The translations under genes and the position numbers were made by a program. From positions 1-64,000 of the forward strand of contig NMRA01000790.1 in the NCBI GenBank assembly GCA_002633005.1: DNA of 64,000 nt. Reading direction: 5' to 3'. How positions within the stretch are numbered: the first letter of the stretch is position 1; the number at the start of each line of letters is the position of its first letter. The notes beneath the pieces are model-generated. The model saw nothing but the letters and a program-made list of their open reading frames with translations, was not told the DNA's origin and searched no databases. The stretch comes from Phoronis australis. Its lineage: Eukaryota > Animalia > Phoronida. This document shows, one piece after another, positions 13,551 to 24,062 of the stretch.

Positions 13551-14237
13551 CTTGTTGTCAAAAAATTAGATGCACTAGATTTGTGTAAAGTACAGTAGTT
13601 TTTAAAGAGTTGATGAATTTTCTAAAAATTCTATGTCAAAGTTCTGGTAATAAAAAATAAAGAAAACATAAAAATATTAGCATATCCTATGAAAATTAGC
13701 AGCTTAATTATTTTGTCCAAAATTTCGATGAGAACATATTTTTTGGCATTTTTTAAACAGCTGTATGTATCCATTTGTAAAAATAGGCACTCAACAGACA
13801 ATGTTCTAGTGGAGATACCACGTGACCTTCGTACACACTTCAATCCAATCATGAGAAGTCAAACATTTCATTTTGTTCCAGTACTTCTGAACAATAGACT
13901 AGAATTGATAATTAATAGCGTATTACAATCCCTATGGATTTATTTGGAGAAATCAACCACTATTCATTGACTGCCATTCTATAATGGCACTGCGATATGT
14001 GATACTGCTGGATAACAACGACATCGCAGTATCGTTGACATTATTGAAGAATGCTGTTGACATCATGCAACAATAGAAGTTATGCAATGGATAACTTTTG
14101 AAGTAATCTTAGACTCAGGCTGATGTCTGTATGTTTTTTAAACAATTGAAAAAGTAAATGTGAACATTTTATAAAATTCTTTATATTAATGTTTTGAAAA
14201 CAAAAATGAGATAGCCTGTGAATTGCTCAATACACAC

Positions 14238-14997
14238 CTGCCAACAACACTTGTTGATGATACACCCACATCTCTTTCACGGCTGGCAGGAGGTAGTTCT
14301 TTTGTATGTTATAAAACGTCTTCTCACAAAAGATTTTCAATCTCAATGTATCCGCAATCTCGGATATTGTACTGAACGTATTTCCGGAAAACAACACGGA
14401 TCCGGCCAGCATAATGTTTCCCATGGCTGACTGTCCCATCACAGGCTGGCTTTTCCACACATAAGTGTGGTGGTTGATACATGTGGCCATAATGACCAAC
14501 AAAGTCCCTCTATATTTAACATCCATCTCTACTATCGGTGCACAGCAATTGGGGTCAACAATACATTTGACAAACAATTCTTTTAACGCTGAGCCAAATA
14601 CCAGGTACTGGAAGTTGGTGAAAGCACTGTCGACGGCTTCATCTTCCATTGGAAAATCGTCCTCTTCCTCACTGTCCATGTGATCATCAGGTTGAAATGA
14701 AGACTCCAGAGACGAAGATTCTGAAGAGCTGTCGTCACTGGTGGTTTCTTCCTCTTCAGGTGATGGGGGATGCAGTTGATTGCAGCAAGGTGCAACACAC
14801 TTGGGAGCTTCACCATTACAACATGGAGCTGCACACTTAGAAGGGGGAGGTGGTAGTGGCATTGGTGGTGTCTGCGTTGCAACAGTCACCATCACTGGAC
14901 ATGGCGGTAATGGCGCTCGTTCCTTTGTACAACACATTTCAGGCGGAGCTTCTTTATGCTGTGCCTCTTTCAACTCTTTTTCAGCCAATGAATGAGC
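14238..14997 (-). CDS. Kolobok transposase exon (Pro/acidic linker and zinc-ribbon region)
   Basis: ttttag|AHSLAEKE...YLVFGSALKELF..C...C...GT......CINHH...WKSQP....GNIMLAGSVLFSGN...LLA|gtgtgt. The phase-1 donor fits the next exon. Confidence 0.85.
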
Positions 14998-17900
14998 CTA
15001 AAATGTGACATCTAATCAAGGTTGTTTCAATTAACTGACTATGAGCAACAGTAATGAAAGATGAAAGATATTAAAATGAAGTTTAAAATTTTTTGTCATA
15101 TAGCCCAATTTTAGACGAATGAGACTTTTAATGACCATGGAAGCATACTCTCAAGTTCCGTAAATTATTTGCTTTCAACAAATTGCAATACATCTCAATA
15201 CCTCCATTACCTCATGGCAATCGGTGACTGTGTGCTACCAAAGATTCTTGGCAAGCCAAATGTTTGGATTATTTTAGCTAAACTAGATTTATTACATGGA
15301 TAACTCAATTACAAATTACTTACCAAGGCAAATTAAATTAATGCACCAGATGAAGAGTGACAAGCAAACAGAGTAATTTTTTACATTTTTGGTGTGACTT
15401 CAACCTATGACACCTCAAATCGAAACTGTGGTTATCATATTATCATAAGCATTCTTATCTAATATGCACTACAGCTATTAGTACTTAATGATATATCATA
15501 AATATTCTTTCTTAAAAATCTTAACTAGTACTTATGATAAAGGTAAAATTTGTGTCCAGGTATTTATAAGCTTACCACAAATTTAATCTCAGTTTCATAA
15601 ATGCCCGCAGGATGAGATATTGTTATACAATGGGAAACCAAGTGTGAAGTCAATTCATAAATGTAATGAGAGATATTTAATTCTCAATATGAAATCACTG
15701 CCAGGTCAATCAACAAGTATTTTGCAACGTTTAAAGAGTTCACCAGAAGGTCAATTAGGTTCAGTTACAAAAACCTGGAGAAATTGTGTTAGTGACTTAT
15801 CCTAACTTAACTAAATCTTAAGTAATAAATAGCACTAGTTACTGATACACTGCAGGATTCTGGTTACTCTTAGCAATTCTGACAAGCCATACCCAGACAG
15901 CAAGTTACCCTAGAGCAAATTGAAACAGAAGACAAGTGCATCCTTCCCCAAACAGCACATGTGTGAATGTTGCCAATGTAAGTTGTACTGTACCCCTGAA
16001 GGAAAGTGTGTAGTTGAACTACACAGCAATAACAAATTGTTGATAATCATTTTCACCTTAGCAACATTTCACAACTGGTACTGAAACATTATGAAGGGAT
16101 GCACTTGATTAGAAGAACAGGGTAAACTATTGCACAGCCAAGTCAAGTTGGCTCTAAATAATTTTTCTGTGAAGGTAACTTCTCGTTGTTTCTCTAGTTC
16201 AACTTATGCTGAGCAACCGCCATCTGGTTACAGCTTGATACTACCTGTTTTCTGACCAAACTAGCTTATATCTTCACTGCATATAGTACTATAGGGATGT
16301 TAATATCAACTCAGGCCATCATGTCAATGCAAACACAGTAAAATTCTATTGTCTGCAATCAACATAAGTGATGTGAGCATCATAATCAAAGGACTAAGAC
16401 ATCATGCTGTAAAATAAAAAATTCTCTTTGAATTATAACAATTAATACACCAAGGAATAATAAAGGGTAAAATTATGTGTTTTTTTGCAATAATTCAGCA
16501 ACTGTATAAAATTCCTCTGAAAACTTGTTTCCTTACTGACAAGACCCTACTAGGAAATATTGTCAAAATGTTTCATGTTCCCTAGGATGTCATGAAAAGA
16601 TAAAATGTTATGTTTATGAAGAAACAGCTCTATAAGGTGGATGAAACAAGAACACACAAAGACACCTTATAATTTTTACATGACTTTGTCATGAATATCC
16701 ATTTGTCCAGAACATGGTACCGATACCATTGTTTTGTTACAATATATTCCAATAGTACACTCTTAATTTCTAAACAATTAAGATTGCTTTTAAACTCACA
16801 ATCTAAAATGACCCCAAAGAATCACAGATTCATCTACGATCTAAAATTGAAAATCTGTAAAACTTCAGAAAAAATTAAATCTAAACTTCTATTGATACTA
16901 TAGCTAGAGCAGGGACACACTGATAATGCTCCGAAATCAACACACATAAATATTAAAGTAATGTATCTGTATTATTTGGACACCACGCACAAAGTTTTTC
17001 CTAAAACGGGTCTGCAAATTCCAATGAAGTATCCAACTAGGTACAGAAAAATAATAGTCAGTCCTAGGTCAAAGAAGTGAAAAGCAATCTTTATAAAGGG
17101 TCGGTATTCACGAGTGCAAGGCCACCAATAGCATATGCGTACATGTAGTTCACAATTGGTGTGCATTGTGTAGTGCTTACCTAAAACAGAGTGGCAGATC
17201 CTATTCTATTCCAATTTTCCAGACTTTTTTAGCGATTTACTATTTGAACTAGCACATGCTTGATAGCACCTGCATTGTCGTTAATTTGTTCATATCGAGA
17301 GTCAATTTTAAGCAGTTTTAAAATGGGCAAGGGTTTTCTGTTCCAGATTACTACGTATGTCACAGGGTATGCCAGACACTTCTTCAGGATACGTTGATTT
17401 AAAAATTCACTGCAACAACATATACTGTCTCCAATTGACCTGTTAACAATAATGGAAGAGGCTTCCCCTTTTCCTGGATTACAACTGCATTATGCAGGCC
17501 ATTTCCACATACTGATTCAACAATTCATTACAAATATGTACTCAAGTTAATTGACATAAAGAATGAGAGGGCTTCCCCTTCAGTGGTGGCGCACCATAGA
17601 GGGTTGGGTTGTTATAGCCCTCCACTTCTTTCAGTGCTACGCGGCACATGGCGTAAATGTATAAGAGGTGCACCACAGGGGGGCTGAGGGGGCTTTAGCC
17701 CCCCATTTCTTTCAGTTCTGCGCCGCCCATGCCTTTTCAGGTTTTCCAAGAAAACAATGGGCACGCCGGCCACAAGGGATTAGGATAGCGCAGCCACAGT
17801 AATAATGCTAATGGGTAACAATTTCTCAACAAAAAATCGTTGGTCAGTCAGTGGCAGGCCTCTAGCACTCTAACTGAGACTTCGTACTAACATCGCTGTA

Positions 17901-18196
17901 GCGTAAGAAGTTCAAGTGGAGTTAGCGGCGGTTTACAAAGACAAAATTGTCGACTACAATATCCAGCTCGAACATAACATAATCCTAAATATACGAACAT
18001 AGCCAGCCAGTTTACTTCATGGTTAGACAGATTTCCAAACCAAAACACTCTAGCTAAATACACGCAACGATACAAGAACGGGATGTGCGAAGATAATACT
18101 AATATTAGTCACGCCAGGTATTTGATATAAAGATCGCTAGAAGTTGAAATAAACTCATAAAACAGTGTTATATTATAATCGGAAACTGCAACATAC

Positions 18197-18587
18197 CTCT
18201 TTCTTTTGCCGCAATTCTTGCTTTTCTACTGGAAGAGACTTGTTTCTCCCCCAACGAAGTTGGTCTCGCATTCACCGTGGCTCTATCGGCGTGGAGAGTC
18301 ATGCCGAAGTCAAACTGTGATGGAACCGCCGTCTCCCTCAACATCCTCCTCGGTTTCGTTTTCATTATTTCTGCCCTAATGTCCTTCACATAGTCATCAT
18401 CAAAGAAATGGTCGCTACAAACCCGGCTATGCTTATTCACGGACGGATTCTTCAGCTTCATAGCTGCCACCCACGACTTCAACAATGGTACGTTACGCAG
18501 AGGCAACCGATGGTATGCGATGTCCCTTCCCTTACAAGACCGGTTTTTTGAGGAGTTTGAACAACCTGGTGCCATACAAAAAGGCAT
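18197..18587 (-). CDS. THAP DNA-binding domain, first exon of the Kolobok transposase
   Basis: MPFCMAPGCSN...YHRLP...W...VCSDHF...L..TAVPS is a C2CH THAP signature. Likely donor G|gtatgt. It lies ~280 bp inside the right TIR. Confidence 0.88.
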
Positions 18588-18874
18588 GGCGAACCTTTTA
18601 CAACACTTTAGTCAACTATAAGAAAATAAGGACGACTGATACAAAGATAAACTCTTCACAATATAGCATAAGAAATGAATACGAAAAGCAGCCGAAACCA
18701 CGCCGGTCACGTCACTGACACATCAGCCAATCAACGATCGATTTCAGGATTCAGCGTTTTGACCATAAATACTAATCGGCTTTTGTTTGGCGCGCAAGTC
18801 GGGCAAATGTGAGTTTTATTTGTTGGTTGGAACCGATTAACTGCAACATTATTTTGACTACAGTCCCCTTTTAA

Positions 18875-18948
18875 GGTCGGTGACCAGCAAACTCAAGGTC
18901 CCGGGTTCGACTCCGTCCTCGGTTTCCCGCCAAATCGTTATCTCACTA
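18875..18948 (+). mobile_element. tRNA-derived (SINE-head-like) fragment truncated at the Kolobok TTAA
   Basis: ttaaggtcggtgaccagcaaactcaaggtcccgggttcgactccg contains a Pol III B-box GGTTCGACTCC (18904-18914) in a T-arm-like context. The 5' acceptor and A-box part is missing. Confidence 0.5.
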
Positions 18949-19694
18949 NAGTCGCCGACTTTATCACGACACCACTGAGTGGGTGACGTCATCGAACGTG
19001 GAAATAGAATACTTAAATGAGCACGCGCAACAATCGCATGTTCAGCAAAGGGCATTGCACCGACACTTATACGCTATGAAAAATAAGACGCATAATTTCC
19101 ATAAAAACGATATTTTAATTTGGTGAAATTTTTCTCTCGTGTTCTCTCACTTGTAAATCACCGATCTCTAATTTGAATGCAGGTGTCGTGTGGTCGGGAT
19201 CCTTTGACTTGAGCATTATAGTCAGTTACTAGTGGTAACCTACTTTAGCAGACGATATATTCCCGGTCGAAGCTTAGCATGATAAAATGTGTAGTAAGTT
19301 ATAATAGTTGCTAAACCTTAATGTATAGATTCACTTTATTTCTGTTTTGTTTTATTTTTCAATTGGTTTTGAGTGAAAGCATTGTTTTACAAAAATATCT
19401 CGGCTTTTCTTCAAAGGTCACGACCTCCGACCCCGGGCCTCTGACATACATATAGAAAGTAGTTACAAAGCCGAGGCGAGTCGAGAAAGGTAGTTCGATT
19501 TATTGCAATGTTTCTCGTTCAGTATGTGGCGATAATTCTCCAAAATCCACTCGGGCTCTAGATAATGGGGGATAACGACTTCGCCATGCAATAATCTATA
19601 TATATATATATGTATCGTATATATGTATATAACAACTTCACAGAGGACCAACATACGGCAGAGTGAAATACATACACAAAGCGTACCGAGAGTG

Positions 19695-20481
19695 TGTAAT
19701 GGCTTGTGAGAGAGGGGTAAAGAAGACGTCTTTACTTGAACACCACTTTATTGCGGACTGACTAACTACTGTTCAACAACATGTTTTTGCAATACACAAG
19801 ACCACATGCATATGAGTGGCATTTCGTAGAACTGTTTGGCAAGACTTATATAATAAACCATTCTAACTAATTCTGCCATATAAGGTAAGTGGTTGCGTTC
19901 CAAAAATGCTTGTCTGCGAATGTTTCGGTACTTCTTGTGGCCATAGTGTTCATCAAAACATTTCAAAACCACCTCTAAATAATACCTGTCTTCCGGCGAC
20001 AAATCAAATGTATTAAACAATTTGACAACATCTGCCCCAAGGAAATGAAGTAAAATGTTTACTTTTTGTTTACCTGACGCATCCTCATGTCCGCTTGCAA
20101 TCAGGTAAATGTCAAATCGCTGTCGCCACTTGCTCCAACTTTCTCCTGTTTTGTCAGTCTCTAGCTGTACAAACGGTTCTGGTCTAGCTTAGCAGCCTTT
20201 GTTTAGAACAGTAAGCAACAACTGAACAAAAAATCGCCAACTCCTGACACTATGTAATGGCTTGTGGAGAGAGGGGTAAAGAAGACGTCTTTACTTGAAC
20301 ACTACTTTATTGCGGACTGACTAACTACTGTTCAACAACGTGCTTTTGCAATACACAAGACCACATGCATATGAGTGACATTTCATAGAACTTTTTGGCA
20401 AGACTTATATAATAAACCATTCTAACTAATTGTGCCATATAAGGTAAGTGTAGTTCCAGTACAAATCACAATACTATTACA
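19695..20481 (-). mobile_element. Internally deleted Gypsy-type LTR retrotransposon
   Basis: Full LTR at 20253-20481 (TGTAAT...ATTACA) and partial LTR at 19695-19891. 5-bp TSD GAGTG at 19690-19694 and 20482-20486. PBS-like tagtgtcaggagtt at 20239-20252 on the - strand. Paralogous empty sites 'cgagagtggcatagatgaa' at ~27781 and ~49260. Confidence 0.88.
19892..20200 (-). pseudogene. gag: Gag N-terminal fragment
   Basis: PEPFVQLETDKTGESWSKWRQRFDIYLIASG...KVNILLHFLGADVVKLFNTF...VLKCFDEHY...RQAFLERN, a typical Gypsy Gag start. It is truncated into the LTR. Confidence 0.8.
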
Positions 20482-21570
20482 GAGTGGAATAGATGAAATG
20501 ATTGCAAGACAATATTCTGCTTATCAAGCGACACCAAACTAAAAGACAAACGGGAAATTTCTTCGGTTTTTAGGCACTTGCATTTATAAAATCCGCTGTC
20601 GGGCATTTGGGCATATTTCATTCAACAAAATTCGCTGTCTGTACATCTTTGTTGCAGGGAACATTTCACCTTAAAATGTTTTGGCTTAGACCTAGATGAC
20701 AGGCTTTGTACCCTCATGTCCCGCTTTCGATCCCATTGTTCCGTTTTTTTCGTTCTTGAACGTTGACCGTGACAGCTATGCAACAGGTGTCCAAAATAAC
20801 ATTGTCTCTTTTAATAAATATTGTTGTTTTCCAAAGTCCACTTTTTTAGTACATTGCAATCATCAAAATTAAGTTTTGTTCCACTGTGTTTTGTTTACGA
20901 TAGCCTACACTACATTCATCAGGATCAAAAACTTTTATTTTCTGAAGGAAATAGTTGATGTCTATACTTTTCAAATTCTTTTGTTGAATTTTATTTCATT
21001 CTTTCAATGGCAAACTTCAGTTGATTACAACACATTGCAACTACTGTCTCTTTGTTGAGAGGCCTCAACCTCTATTGGTTAACCTTTTTGGGGAACACAG
21101 TTGGGCAACAGGAATTACATGTAAGTGCATCACACTTTACCGGTGTGATCTTAATAACTCCTCAGAAAGCAGTAAAGTTCTGGAACAACGTGATTGAATT
21201 TTGCATATGTCTCGCAGACTACAGCGACAATTGGCAACATTACCTCCAATAAAATCATAAAGCGCAACAGACATTGTTGGATGATGGCTATGATTAATTT
21301 AGCTTGAAAGCCTGAGAACCAAGTATGTATTCTCAGATATAGAAACAATGTTTGTTTAATATGAATAAGTACCACATATATTGCATGTTTTGCCAAGAAA
21401 TTTCCTCATCTTTTGATGTTATTAATGTTTGTCTTTTGCATTCTTGCTCGACTTCGGAGGCCAAAATCGGAACACATTAGACTAAAAATTGCCTTCATAT
21501 GCGTTTCTTTCTTTAATTATGTTACTCCATGCAATAGGGATGTTTACTTGTGTTAATGTTCTTTTCACAG

Positions 21571-21669
21571 AACGGACGTACTCCACTTCATGCAGCAGTA
21601 TATTTTGGCGAAGCAAGCCACTTAAAGGTACTGCTAGAGCATAATGCCAATGTGAACGCCCTGGATAAG
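21571..21669 (+). CDS. Single-ankyrin-repeat exon E1 (33 aa, phase 0/0)
   Basis: ttttcacag|NGRTPLHAAVYFGEASHLKVLLEHNANVNALDK|gtacag; 99 nt, open. Confidence 0.9.
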
Positions 21670-23963
21670 GTACAGTAGTCATTGTGTGAAATATAAATCG
21701 ACATACGAAGCAATCTGTTGTCTTCTTCTAAAATTGTGTTTACCTCTTGACGTTGGATATTAAGGTTTTATCGAACCTTATATATTGACATTCATTCTAA
21801 CTCATATATCAGTAAAAATATATTTTCTGAAAGAAAATGGTAAAAAATTGCAAAAATATGTTTTATGTGGATGTGCTATTGTATTCATTATGTTAACATC
21901 ATTTTGAATCAAAATTACAAGGAAGATCAATTCCATACCAAAATAACCTCTTAGAGAATTTCAATGAATTCCTTTTTAAATGAAAACATCAACCTCAAAA
22001 TATGTTGTAGGAATTTTTAGTTTACTCTGTTTGTTTTGTTTCTACACCAAAGTTACTCATAAAGCGTAAGATATTTTTGTAAAAATTGCAATCGTATTTG
22101 TCATACATGCAGAGTTCGCAAAATGTAGTTGTTTAAAAACAGAATAGCAACAAAGTAAATGGCAGAATTAATAAAATAACGAAAACGGGTACATTTATGA
22201 AACATGTGGTACGGATAATGGAAATTCTTTGCTGCATTACACTCACTTAAATCATGAGTAACGATTAACATGATTGTGACAGTCAAGCCCAATGTAAATT
22301 CGGAAAATATACTTGAAACAAGCATAATCAAAGAAATCAATTATGATTGATCTAAGGCCCGTCAACATCTCAAACCCCACACACCAAAACCCCCTCGATC
22401 CACAATGCCCTTGACCCCCAACCCACAACCCCTCTAACCAGTCTACGCAAGCTCGACTTTATCTAAACATACAACAAGCGCTGACTTGCAGGAGCACGCG
22501 TCTGGCTGTGAGCTCGGCGGGCTTTTTCCTGTTTTTGAAACTGAGAGAGTTGATTCGGAAAGTTTTAAAGCCACAAAACAGAAAAAACAACCTACGGTCC
22601 CAAATCAAATAATATCAGAGACCCACTAACATTACATATCGTATCGTTCCGGGCAGAGTGTAATCGTCTCGTCTGCTCTTCAGAGAATTACAGGTTCAAG
22701 CTATTTTTGGACATGAGCAGGGGACCACGAATATGTATTGAAAAAAAATCAAGTGAACTAAAAAGCAATCCAGAGTTAGTTTTAGTATTTTGTAAAGGAG
22801 TATACCTCACAAAAATTTAATGAATATGAGAAATTATATGTATACACGTTATTATACACTCTCCCTAAGTTCAGTGCAACAAGGTCAATGGTAGACACTC
22901 GTGGAACTATTTCCCAGGCAGCCTGGAATCTTTATGAAGATTGCCGTCAAAATACAGCTAGATTGTGTACTGAGCCCCCTTAGACCCCGAAATTTCACAC
23001 ATTCCCGTGTAGTTCTGCTCGTAACCTCGTCATTAAACTTAAATCAACACTTAAACCTAACGACCGCTTGGGGTGCTTGCAAAATTAGGAAGTCAACCGA
23101 GACTCATCTTGCTCGGTGAAGCCGTCTTCAAGTGAAAAACAATCTGAACAGCGTCATTTTCTTGCATAAGTCTCTGCCTGTTGCACAAAGAAAATCTGTC
23201 GTCGTTTTCAAAGCAGTACGGTCGTGACACATGCACGTACCATTTCTATAGCGACAGATCCGCAGCAGCAAAATTTATTCTGAAATTTCGTTTGTAACAA
23301 ATGAAACCAGTTAGATTGCATTTTTAATGACCTTAATTTTGTGCCAGATTTCGTTTAATCAGTTTTTACCCACGTCTTTGCCAAGCTGTATATTTAGAAT
23401 ACAGCTTTGCAACAAAGATAGCTACCTCTGTGACAACGACAGAGATCTCACAATCCGCAATTTCTTACGCCACTTTCTATTTTTACCACCAGTCTTGAAC
23501 CAGAGTAGATTTGTTTAGCCAAGTCTTATGCTAAAGTCACTCAATGGCAATGTACTTAAATTAGGCAATGTGAAAAAAGAGTAAGGATACCTCTATCTCA
23601 GCAGGCCGTGGGTCAAAGGGGTTGTGGGTCATGGTCACGGGGTTGTCAAATGTCCTGGTCGAGGGGGTTTTGCAATAATCTGCATAATGTCCTGGGTTGC
23701 ACTTTGGATCTGGCAACTATGAATACTACTCACCTTTTGCATTACAATAGACACATAGTAACCCAGTGTCAAAGATTTTATTACCAGCTTCTTTGGGTTT
23801 GGGGAGAAGTGAGCGAAGACGGGTGGCAATGATAATCGTTTATCATTAGTAGCAGTGATTTCTGCCATTTAAGATAGTACTCAGTTTATTTGTCGGGTTT
23901 CTTACTTTAAATTTTTTACTCCATGCAATTGCGATGTTAACTTGTCTTAATGTTTTTTCACAG

Positions 23964-24062
23964 GTCGGTTGTACCCCACTTCATCGAGCAATTGAGAACG
24001 ATTATAAAAGCAAAGTAGAGGTGCTGCTAGAGCATAATGCCAATGTGAACGCCCTGAATAAG
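23964..24062 (+). CDS. Single-ankyrin-repeat exon E2 (33 aa, phase 0/0)
   Basis: ttttttcacag|VGCTPLHRAIENDYKSKVEVLLEHNANVNALNK|gtacag; 99 nt, open. Confidence 0.9.

Larger units (their letters stand above)
7667..14619. repeat. Direct duplication 7667-11245 versus 11247-14619 joined at a single N, plus a ~200-bp duplication at the N at 9724
   Basis: Near-identical sequence with both junctions exactly on an N. Most likely unmerged contig overlaps. Confidence 0.85.
1464..18870 (-). mobile_element. Kolobok-superfamily DNA transposon (THAP-DDE transposase plus KolX, convergent)
   Basis: Left end TTAA(1460-1463)|AAGGGAACTGTA; right end TACAGTCCCCTT|TTAA(18871-18874). This is a 12-bp TIR with one mismatch, starting with purines. 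Two convergent genes carry Kolobok transposase and KolX motifs. Confidence 0.9.

Noticed and set aside
7667-14619. Biological tandem duplication giving a double-core transposase
   Set aside because: Both duplication junctions fall exactly on single Ns, which points to unmerged haplotype or paralog contigs.
7565-14995. Plus-strand ORFs over the transposase region (e.g. 7847-8170, 12747-13277)
   Set aside because: Antisense shadows of the minus-strand exons with no recognisable motifs.
17581-17731. Small hAT-like MITE (cagtggtggcgca...tgcgccgcccatg)
   Set aside because: The TIR is imperfect and no convincing TSD is present.
18875-18948. Functional tRNA gene
   Set aside because: Only a B-box/T-arm-like half is present; there is no 5' acceptor strand or convincing cloverleaf.
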